Virus record (IMG/VR): IMGVR_UViG_3300031963_000016
Span: 97,712-161,711 of that record
Source of the DNA: a virus
Length of the DNA stretch: 64,000 nucleotides
Reading direction: 5' to 3' (one strand)
Part shown: piece after piece, positions 47,407-56,400 of the stretch
Layout of the letters: each line of letters starts with the position of its first letter
Position numbering within the stretch: the stretch's first letter is position 1
The notes under the pieces: model-generated
What the model was told of the DNA's origin: nothing
The model's database searches: none
Seen by the model: only the letters and a program-made list of their open reading frames with translations
Translations under genes and position numbers: made by a program

Positions 47407-48007
47407 TGAACGTGTTGGTGTGATGGATAGTATTTCGATCCAAGTCACTCGTGCAGAACCAAAGAAACGAAAATTGATAGCTGTTGGTGGTTCTCCAGGA
47501 ACAGGTAAGACTACTCTTTTCCGTAAGTTTATGGAAGGTAAGACTTGGGAATCAGTCGAACCAAAGAAAATGCTCCCTGCAATGTATTGTAAAGAACTAG
47601 ATTTGTACGTTCTAGGTAAATACGAGGAAGGTGAGACTTTCGCTGGAACAGATCGTCTTTCTATGGCTGTCCAGCCTATCGCTCAGTGTTTCGTCACCGA
47701 ATGTACCTCAAATATTCTCTTCGAGGGAGACAGAATCTTTAATCAGTCTTTCTTAGAGTTCGCTATGGGGCTACCTAATACAGACCTCCAGGTGGTCTTC
47801 CTAAAAGTCCCTAAAACAGTCCTCGAATCCCGATACAAGGATAGAGGATCCGACCAGTCCGAGCAATTCCTAAAAGGTCGGGAAACTAAATATAGTAATC
47901 TATTGTCAAATTTTGAACTGATGCCCTATATTACTGAGTTTAATAACACCAACTTAGAGGAGCAGGGGAAGGTTCTTGCATTCCTGGAGAAGCAGTTAGT
48001 CCAGTGA
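47399..48007 (+). CDS. P-loop kinase, 5-hmU DNA kinase-like
   Basis: GGSPGTGKT, VLGKYE...FAGTDRL, ILFEGDR. Confidence 0.75.
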   Translation: MLNERVGVMDSISIQVTRAEPKKRKLIAVGGSPGTGKTTLFRKFMEGKTWESVEPKKMLPAMYCKELDLYVLGKYEEGETFAGTDRLSMAVQPIAQCFVTECTSNILFEGDRIFNQSFLEFAMGLPNTDLQVVFLKVPKTVLESRYKDRGSDQSEQFLKGRETKYSNLLSNFELMPYITEFNNTNLEEQGKVLAFLEKQLVQ

Positions 48008-48031
48008 TGCGAGGATTTTCTGGGATGTAAA

Positions 48032-48748
48032 ATGTCTTTCCTAGAAAATACTAACTTCGACTGGATGGAAATGCTTAACTTTTATGAGCGTCCATTTAGA
48101 GCTACATTTGTACCTTCAAAAGTTTGGCTAGACCTAGACAAATATGTAAATGACGAAGAAGGTCTTGCAAACTATTTTAAGAAATGGCGCACCAAGATTA
48201 AATGGGTAAAAGAAAAGTCTAAAGCCATAAAATATAATCGATACATAGCAATCGGTGGAGAGTATGACGCTGAGACAAGACAATGTATCATTATAATCTA
48301 TACAGATAAGTTTAGAACATATAAGTTCGACAAAGAAAACTGGGATCGTTTTAAGTTTAAACTAATTCAAGTTGAGATGCATGAATTAATACACTTCATG
48401 CAGTATGATAGAAGAGGAGACGAATCTTCCAGATATGTTCTCCCATATAAAAAAGTTAAACATACTAAGAAAGATGCTGAGCGTAGATATCTTTCTGAGT
48501 TTGACGAGATCCAAGCATATGCACACTGTGTTCTTTTAGATTTTAAAGATAAAAGACCAACTATTCCAACACAATCTCTTATCTCTCGTGCAAGAACATA
48601 TAGAGATTCAAAAACCCTCCACTATATCCTTCGAACCTTTAATTACGACTTTCGAAATAATCATGCAATTCCTAAGTTAATGCAGCAGATTATGAAGTGG
48701 GATCGTAAGTATCAAAGGTTTATCCGAGCATCCAGAAGACCTAAATAA
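48032..48748 (+). CDS. Zincin-like HExxH protein
   Basis: HELIH followed by EIQAY. Confidence 0.55.
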   Translation: MSFLENTNFDWMEMLNFYERPFRATFVPSKVWLDLDKYVNDEEGLANYFKKWRTKIKWVKEKSKAIKYNRYIAIGGEYDAETRQCIIIIYTDKFRTYKFDKENWDRFKFKLIQVEMHELIHFMQYDRRGDESSRYVLPYKKVKHTKKDAERRYLSEFDEIQAYAHCVLLDFKDKRPTIPTQSLISRARTYRDSKTLHYILRTFNYDFRNNHAIPKLMQQIMKWDRKYQRFIRASRRPK

Positions 48749-48767
48749 TCCTTATTAGGATTTAGGT
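48739..48767 (+). promoter_or_regulatory. Late promoter inside an RBS-sequestering hairpin
   Basis: ACCTAAA(48739) pairs with TTTAGGT(48761), inner TCCT-TATT-AGGA; CTAAATA at 48741. Confidence 0.65.
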
Positions 48768-48773
48768 GCATCT

Positions 48774-49685
48774 GTGACTGCAAATACCGTATTATCTGAC
48801 ATTAATGAAATCTATACTGGATTTGTCTTAGCTGGAGACAAATGGTTTGACCCATCTGCTAAGTTTCAGTATGAGCAGCGTGTTAAACAAGCCAAACCAG
48901 AAGAGGTCGCTGATGCTGAAGGTAAAGCAAGAGCAATGGCTACTGAGTTTATTAAGTGGGCAAAAGAAAATGGATATAAAGGATTTGTAAACAAAGTTTG
49001 GTGGACTGCTCGACCAAATTCTATGACCTCTGCAGTTGGAGAATTTGTTGATCAAAAGAAAAATCCTACTGATATATTGGTAAAATTTAATGATGGACCA
49101 GCAAGAGGATTTTTAGGATTATCTGCGAAAGCAACACAAGGTAAAGGTGACATTGGTTTTAAAAATCCAGGTATCGGAACTGTCGATAATTCTCTTGGAT
49201 TAACATTTGCGAATCAGTATAAATTATTACTTGAAGATACAATTGAGAAGTATAAACTGCCAAATTCAGCAGGTGAACGAAAGATCTTTATCAGAACAAA
49301 TCCTGATACAAAAAAAGAAACTGAAGAGATCGGTGTGAATATGATGGCAGATATGAGAGATAAATTATTACAAAGATTACTACAATTTAATCAACAAGAA
49401 TTATTTAAGTATCTTTTAAAAGATTGGATGGATGCAGAAGTTTTGTTTCCACCATATATTAAAGTAACAGGGCAAGGTAAAAAACCACCCTATGCGGCAA
49501 CAGTGATGGATCCAGTGAAGAACGACAAATTAGATGCGTTATCAAAATATCCAATCACTCTAGAAAAAATAGGCAACGAATCGATTGGCGTGAAAGCAGG
49601 AGAAAAAAAGATTATGAAGATTCGTTTTAAGTTTGAGTCAGAAAAGATGGCATCATCTTTAAAACTCTCTGGGGATCCATGGTAA
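48774..49685 (+). CDS. PD-(D/E)xK restriction-endonuclease-like protein
   Basis: VWWT...NPTDILVKF...GLSAK...FKNPG; GTG start. Confidence 0.62.
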   Translation: MTANTVLSDINEIYTGFVLAGDKWFDPSAKFQYEQRVKQAKPEEVADAEGKARAMATEFIKWAKENGYKGFVNKVWWTARPNSMTSAVGEFVDQKKNPTDILVKFNDGPARGFLGLSAKATQGKGDIGFKNPGIGTVDNSLGLTFANQYKLLLEDTIEKYKLPNSAGERKIFIRTNPDTKKETEEIGVNMMADMRDKLLQRLLQFNQQELFKYLLKDWMDAEVLFPPYIKVTGQGKKPPYAATVMDPVKNDKLDALSKYPITLEKIGNESIGVKAGEKKIMKIRFKFESEKMASSLKLSGDPW

Positions 49686-49686
49686 A

Positions 49687-50904
49687 ATGTTAAAATTTAA
49701 ATCTTTTCTAATAGAAACTTTGCTTGTAGAAAAAGCATTAAGTAGTTCTGTATCTTCTGATGACAAAGGTAAACTACATGAGTTGCTTTTGTCAAAACAT
49801 CTTCATCCAAATAATACTTTACCTGAACATCATCGTTCAGAATCTGAAAACGAAGACCATGCTGGTACTCCCCAACAGGTTCACGATCGTCTAAAGAAAA
49901 AGATTGGAGATGCAGCATACAACGAGATTGATTCACATTCTAAATCTACTGCTGACGCATTAAAGAAACATTTAGTAGATTCAGGACATCTGAAACCTGG
50001 ACATACAATTGGTAATGTTCATTGGACTTCCAATGCTGATAAAGAAAACAAAGCAGGTGATCATGAGAAGACAACTGGCATTAAAGACGTCAACTCTAAT
50101 GCAGACTTGATTATAACTATGCACGATAAGGATGGTAAAGTTGTTGGGCATCATGGAGTTTCAGCTAAGTATGGTACAAACAAAGAGCCAAACTATCGCA
50201 ATCCAGGATTAGATTCTCTAGAGAAAACTGCAAATCTTCCATCTGGTTCTCTTAACGCTCATATGAAAACACATCATGCAGGTATGGAGAAACTAGGATA
50301 TAATGGATCTGCAGAAGACCGCCACGCACAATACAAAGCAGACTCTGCAGATATTGAAGATGTAAGAAAGGAGCATGGTCGTCTTTCTGGGATTCTTTCT
50401 GCAGGTAAAAAATTATCTGCCAAAGAGAAAACTACTCACAAACATTTTGAGATGTTTTTAAATGCGCATGATAAACATAAAAACCCAGATCAATTTTTAC
50501 AAGCAGCAAAATCAAGAGCAGCTGCTGCAGAAGAATCTGCACGTATCGGTAAACAAGCACTTGCTAAAAAATTTGCTGAAGGGTTATCAAAATATGATGA
50601 TGCTAAACTACGTAATGTAGTTAGAGATCATGTATCTGCTCCAACAAAAATTCCTCATACTGTCGCACACTCTCATGTACAAGATGATGGATCTTCTAAA
50701 CCAATTATTAAACCAGCAAGCGAAATTGCTGATAAACATTTAGAAGATTACGAGAATCTTCATGTTGTTCATAGTGGCGGTATTGCTGTTTATATTAAAG
50801 GTACACATAAGAAGACAGGTAAGGTTATGAATGTGGGTACAATGACTATGAAGGGTTCTTCTGGTCCACACAAGGGTGTTGTAGGTGCATTCAGCCTTAA
50901 ATAA
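49687..50904 (+). CDS. Second restriction-endonuclease-like protein with capsid-targeting-like leader
   Basis: VHWT...SNADLII...GVSAK...YRNPG; N-terminus MLKFKSFLIE. Confidence 0.58.
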   Translation: MLKFKSFLIETLLVEKALSSSVSSDDKGKLHELLLSKHLHPNNTLPEHHRSESENEDHAGTPQQVHDRLKKKIGDAAYNEIDSHSKSTADALKKHLVDSGHLKPGHTIGNVHWTSNADKENKAGDHEKTTGIKDVNSNADLIITMHDKDGKVVGHHGVSAKYGTNKEPNYRNPGLDSLEKTANLPSGSLNAHMKTHHAGMEKLGYNGSAEDRHAQYKADSADIEDVRKEHGRLSGILSAGKKLSAKEKTTHKHFEMFLNAHDKHKNPDQFLQAAKSRAAAAEESARIGKQALAKKFAEGLSKYDDAKLRNVVRDHVSAPTKIPHTVAHSHVQDDGSSKPIIKPASEIADKHLEDYENLHVVHSGGIAVYIKGTHKKTGKVMNVGTMTMKGSSGPHKGVVGAFSLK

Positions 50905-50905
50905 T

Positions 50906-50968
50906 CCCCTCAACTCTGTAGGGTTATTATAGAGAGGTGTTGTCTTTAATTGCAACTTGCGGTATAAT
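50906..50968 (+). promoter_or_regulatory. Early promoter with CCC-N11-GGG box
   Basis: CCCC-N11-GGGTT 50906-50925; TTGTCT(50940)-17-TATAAT(50963). Confidence 0.78.
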
Positions 50969-50974
50969 AGAGGT

Positions 50975-51595
50975 ATGAAAAGGTTTAGAGAATACATAGA
51001 AGAAGCGGTGGTAGAGCCGACTGGAAGTTTAACGATATTTGATATCGATGACACTCTATTCCATACCACTGCTCAAATCGCAGTTGTGAAAGATGGTAAG
51101 ACTATCGCCAAACTTACCAATCAAGAATTCAACAACTACAAATTAGGTGATGGGGAGTCGTTTGACTTCTCTGAGTTTAGAGATGCGCATAAGTTCTATC
51201 ACGAAAGTAAACCTATTGGTAGAATGCTAGCAAAAGCCAAAGCAATCTTGGCTAACTCTGTTAAGAATCCGTTAAGTAAAGTTATCATTATTACTGCTCG
51301 TGCAAACTTTGATGATAGAGATAAATTCCTATCAACATTTCGTAAGTATGGTTTCGACATTGACAAGGTTCGTGTTGAAAGAGCAGGTGAGTTAGTTGGT
51401 AATGAGATTCCAGCTATTAAGAAAGTAGTCATCGTTAGAAAATATCTACAAAGCAATCAATATGCTAAAGTAAGATTGTTTGATGACTCAATGAGCAATT
51501 TACGAGAGTTCTTAAAGTTAAGAACAGAGTTTAAGAATATTAAGTTCGAAGCATTCTTCGCAAATCCAGATGGTTCAGTAAAGGTTATTAAGTGA
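50975..51595 (+). CDS. HAD-superfamily phosphatase (PNKP 3'-phosphatase-like)
   Basis: IFDIDDTLF, ITAR, LFDDSMSNL. Confidence 0.8.
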   Translation: MKRFREYIEEAVVEPTGSLTIFDIDDTLFHTTAQIAVVKDGKTIAKLTNQEFNNYKLGDGESFDFSEFRDAHKFYHESKPIGRMLAKAKAILANSVKNPLSKVIIITARANFDDRDKFLSTFRKYGFDIDKVRVERAGELVGNEIPAIKKVVIVRKYLQSNQYAKVRLFDDSMSNLREFLKLRTEFKNIKFEAFFANPDGSVKVIK

Positions 51596-52821
51596 AAACA
51601 TTAAAGAATTACATCGTTGAACAAAAGAACACTCACATGACTCATGTGGAAGATCTGGTATTTGATGGCGGTGTAGATGGAACCCGACAAGCGATTAAAT
51701 TTCTACAAGATCTTCGTGATATGCTCGCTGGTCACACTAAAAATAAAGTAACAGCTACTGTTAAATGGGATGGCGCACCAGCAGTATTTGCTGGTATTGA
51801 TCCACGTGACAAAAAATTCTTTGTTGCTAAAAAAGGAGTATTTAACAAAGATCCAAAAGTCTACAAGACAAATGCTGACATTGATGCAGACACGCAAGGT
51901 GATCTGGCTGCTAAATTGAAAGTTGCTTTAGCAGAGTTTAAGAAACTAGGAATCAAGTCAGGTGTTTATCAGGGTGATCTTATGTTCACTGACGATAAAC
52001 AGATCGTTACAATCGAAGGAAAGAAGTATATTACTTTTCACCCAAACACGATCGTGTATGCTGTTCCTGTTGGTACAGAGTTAGCCAATAAAATTATGAA
52101 AGCCAAGATTGGTGTTGTCTGGCATACAACTTATACAGGTTCATCATTTGAGTCAATGACAGCATCTTTTGGTAAATCAATCGTATCAAAAATGTCCTCT
52201 GTATCTTCTGTATGGATGGATGACGCAAACTATAAAGATTACTCTGGAATCGCAACATTTACTCAGGCAGAAACCGCAGAATTAACTGCGATCCTTTCTC
52301 AAGCAGGCAAAGTATTCAATGAGATTCCTGCACAAACTCTTAATGCTATTAGAGATAATGAAGATCTAAACATGGCTGTTAATACTTACAATAATTCAAA
52401 AGTTCGTGCTGGAGAACAAATAACTGATACTCATGCGCATGTGGTTGGATTGTTCAATTATATTCATGATAAGTATCAAAAAGAAATTGATACAAAGAAA
52501 ACTGAAAAGGGTAAACAAGCACAAGAAACAAAACGTAGTGCTGTTCTGTCTTTCTTTGCGAATCACGACAAAGCAGACATTGTTAAGATATTTGACTTAG
52601 TTAATTTACTTGCAAAAGCCAAATTAATGATTGTTAATAAGATGAATGAAGCAGGACATATTAATACATTTCTTAAAACTGCAAACGGATATAAAGTCAC
52701 TGGGGTGGAAGGTTTCGTTGCTATTGATCATTTAACTGGTGGTGCTGTTAAAATTGTAGATCGTTTAGAGTTTAGTAAATCAAATTTTTCACCAGATATT
52801 ATCAAAGGATGGCAACGATGA
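51592..52821 (+). CDS. Conserved T4-like protein with RNA-ligase-like nucleotidyltransferase motifs
   Basis: VKWDG, YQGDL, EGFV, VKIV in ligase-motif order; GTG start. Confidence 0.55.
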   Translation: MKTLKNYIVEQKNTHMTHVEDLVFDGGVDGTRQAIKFLQDLRDMLAGHTKNKVTATVKWDGAPAVFAGIDPRDKKFFVAKKGVFNKDPKVYKTNADIDADTQGDLAAKLKVALAEFKKLGIKSGVYQGDLMFTDDKQIVTIEGKKYITFHPNTIVYAVPVGTELANKIMKAKIGVVWHTTYTGSSFESMTASFGKSIVSKMSSVSSVWMDDANYKDYSGIATFTQAETAELTAILSQAGKVFNEIPAQTLNAIRDNEDLNMAVNTYNNSKVRAGEQITDTHAHVVGLFNYIHDKYQKEIDTKKTEKGKQAQETKRSAVLSFFANHDKADIVKIFDLVNLLAKAKLMIVNKMNEAGHINTFLKTANGYKVTGVEGFVAIDHLTGGAVKIVDRLEFSKSNFSPDIIKGWQR

Positions 52822-53186
52822 AAAGATTACTATTACTATCACCAGTATTTCTTTTAACTGGATGTACTTTACTATTATTGGCTGGATGTTCTTTTGTTTT
52901 ACCAAGACCTCATGATTCAGCGATGTTTAATAATCTTGTTGAGGTTAAAATAGCAGTAGATAAATTAGATTGTAAAAATAAAGAGTGGAGTGACACTTTT
53001 ATTAAAATTGAAAGATTAAAGGTTTACACTTCCTTAAGAAAGGATCCTCAGGCAAAGGCTGTAGAAGATCTAGAATCTGCTCTTAAGAAAGCACACTTAT
53101 CAAATAATGAGAAATTCTGTGAGTCAGTAGTTAAGATTAACAAGGCTAGAGTAGATGTTATAACAGACGCATGGAGAGGAAGATGA
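52818..53186 (+). CDS. Putative lipoprotein
   Basis: Signal peptide with lipoboxes LLTGC and LLAGC. Confidence 0.65.
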   Translation: MKRLLLLSPVFLLTGCTLLLLAGCSFVLPRPHDSAMFNNLVEVKIAVDKLDCKNKEWSDTFIKIERLKVYTSLRKDPQAKAVEDLESALKKAHLSNNEKFCESVVKINKARVDVITDAWRGR

Positions 53187-53419
53187 GTTTATTCAACGAA
53201 CTAAGACAGCAAGCAGACATGGGTGGTCCAGCAGGAGCACTTGCACGAGAACTAATTAATATTCATGATGAGTATTCTAGCGGTCATTTAAGTCGAGAAG
53301 AATATGATTTTCTTTTGTCAGAAATTGCAACAGTTAGAGCACAACAGGAACTCGCATCTGATGAGATCGCCTGTCGTTGGATTTGTGCTGCTGCTGAGGC
53401 TATGTTGAGTTTAGCATAA
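53183..53419 (+). CDS. Hypothetical protein
   Basis: SD GGAG; coupled ORF. Confidence 0.65.
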   Translation: MSLFNELRQQADMGGPAGALARELINIHDEYSSGHLSREEYDFLLSEIATVRAQQELASDEIACRWICAAAEAMLSLA

Positions 53420-53421
53420 GA

Positions 53422-53428
53422 CTAAATA
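53422..53428 (+). promoter_or_regulatory. Late promoter (CTAAATA)
   Basis: Intergenic, upstream of 53460. Confidence 0.55.
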
Positions 53429-53459
53429 ATAACAGTAACATATTTTATAGATGGATTAA

Positions 53460-56400
53460 ATGAAAGATTACCGACAACTAATCAAAGAACTGCCGTCTAA
53501 AACGGTAGTTATGGCTTTTGGGCGATTCAACCCTCCGACTATCGGACATGAATTGCTTGTAAAAGCAGTCAAGAAACTGGCTCAGCAAAAGAAGGCTGAC
53601 CACGTAATCTATGCATCTCGTTCTCAAGATGCAAAAAAGAATCCACTATCCGTCGATAAAAAAGTTAAATACTTGAACCTTATGTTCAAGAATACTCATT
53701 TCGTTGGTGCCAGCGATACTGTCCGCACCTTTATTGAGGCAGCGAAAGAGCTGAACAAAAGATATAAAAATCTAGTTATGGTCGCTGGTAGCGATCGTGT
53801 TCCAGAGTTTAATAGATTGTTAAATACATATAATGGTAAAGAGTTTAAATTTGACACAATTGAAGTTATTTCGGCAGGTGAACGTGATCCAGACGCTGAT
53901 GATGCTACAGGGATGTCTGCTTCTAAAATGAGAGCGATTGCTGTAAAAGGTAATTATGCAGAATTTAAAAGAGGATTACCATCTTCTGTTCGTGAAATAG
54001 ATGGTCGTCGTTTAATGAATGATATTCGTGATGGTATGGGACTCGATGCTGTTAAAGAACAGATTATCCTCGTTAAAGATGAATTACGTGAGAAATATTT
54101 TCGTGGAGAGATTTTTAACGAAGGTGATATTGTAGAATGTGGTGATGAAAAATATACAATAGTAAAACGTGGTTCAAATCATCTATTATTAAGAGAGGGA
54201 AGTGGTGCATTAGTTTCCAAATGGATTCATGATGTTCAACCGACGGAAGAGAAAGATATGAATGAATCTTTAACAGATAAAACTTTACGACCAACTGATA
54301 AAATTAAAGTTGCTCGCATTATTGCAACTATGTTGGGTGTAGAAAATGCAGAAACATCTTCAAACCCAGAAAACCTTATTAATCAGGCATTACGTAGAGT
54401 TAGAACAAAAGCACTTAATCCAGAGGCACTTAACATATTAGATAAAATGTTAAATCTTGCAACTGAGCAAGGCATTCAATATGATGCTACATTAAAACCA
54501 ACAAAGTTAAAAGAAGATAAAGTTAATAGAAATAGTAATTACAACATAGCAAAAGATGTTCTTCGCTTTAGTGACTTTAAAAGACTAAAGAAAATTCAAG
54601 AACATGAAGAATCAGATAATGACGATAAAAAAGATAATGAGTCTGACCACGATCATGAACATAATGATAATGAAATAGATCATTCAGAGGTTGGACATAC
54701 TTTAGTTGGTCCAGGTAAACAAGATAATCTACGTCGTCGTAAAATAGCATATCATCTGGGTGAACAACATAAGATTCCTCATATCGATATGTCTGCATAT
54801 GAAGATGAAGCAGGGCACGAGAATACTGCTCAACATATTATTACTAGTCCAGAACATACTGCTAAACAAAAGAAACTTGCTAAATCATTTATTGACAAAA
54901 TGAGTGGTTCTGTTGCAGAAGCAGTTTCTGCTCGTTTAAAACTTGCTGATGCATTGCGTCGTGAAGGAGAAAAACGTAAAGCATCTGAAGAACGTGCTAA
55001 ACTGATGATGCAACAAAGCAAAGAAAAACAAGCACTTGCTGACCAACATAAAAAAGAAAAAGAAAATTTAACTAAGGAAGAGACTGAAATTGAAGAGTCA
55101 ACTCCATATTACAACAAACCATCTTTCTTAAAGAGAATGTCACATGTTGCTAAACAAGAACGTCAAGCACGTGAGAAAAAAGAACAAGAACAAAAGAAAC
55201 AAGTTAAAGAAGAAATAATTGAAGAAGGATCTACTTCTGTTTATGATACTCATGTGAGAGGTAGTTCAGATTATCATGCAATAGTTAAAAAGCATGGTAC
55301 AGAAAAAACAAAAGAACTTATTCGTCATTTAAAAACGGAAAGAGATAGTCTTAGAAAGCACAGTTCAGATTGGGCTGGTCCAGCACACTTAAAGAAACAT
55401 GATTTTGCTATTAAAGGATTGACACGTGCTCTTGGAGAAGATTTAGTAAGAGAAGAAGAAGTAGAAATATGCGAAACAGCAGACGCTGGTCTTGCTGCAA
55501 AAGCAGCTAAGTCTGGTATTTCTATCGGAACATTACGCAAAGTTTATCGTCGTGGTGTAGCAGCATGGAACTCTGGACATCGTCCTGGAACAACACCACA
55601 ACAGTGGGGTATGGCTCGTGTAAATTCTTATATCACAAAAGGTAAAGGCACATATCATGGTGCTGACAAAGATCTTCGTGAGCAAGAAGAATTAGAAGAG
55701 AACAATTTACCAGAAGTGCCAAAGGATAAAGAGTCTGGTCTTCCAAAGAAATATGTGGCAGGTTTGTCTGCGTCTACTGCAAAGGCAAGAGCAGCACACT
55801 GGGACAGGATGGATAAAAAGAGCGACAGTGATCCATCTGCATATGCACCAGCACCTGGAGATGCAACTGCCGAAACTAAACCAAGCAAGCATACATTAAA
55901 GTATCGTGCAATGTTCGGTGAAGATATGGACGAAGAGTTATACGAGGCATGCTGGGATACTCACAAACAAGTTGGTATGAAAAAGAAAGGTGACCGCATG
56001 GTTCCTGACTGTGTGCCAAAGAATGAAGAGATTGAATTCAAAGACGATGTTTGCGATGTTTGTGGTAAGTCTCCATGTGAATGTGAAAATGAGGGACAAG
56101 ATCAAACACAAATGAAACCTAACTTCGATCCTTTCTTTAAAGAAGACGAAGATGAGATTGATTTTGCAGAACCATCTGATGATGAAATCGAAAAGATGGC
56201 AGACGAGTTAACAGACGATGATTATCTTGATGCATACGATGAAGATGAGTTGGGTGTTATTGATGATGAAACTGGTGAGGAATTAGAAGCAGATGAAGAA
56301 GAAGAAAAGAAACTTAAAGAGTCTGCTTTAATGGAAGTTCTTTCTCGTATAGAAAGAATGAAAGCAGTCGCAAGAATTCGTCGCACAAAGGCAAAACGTG

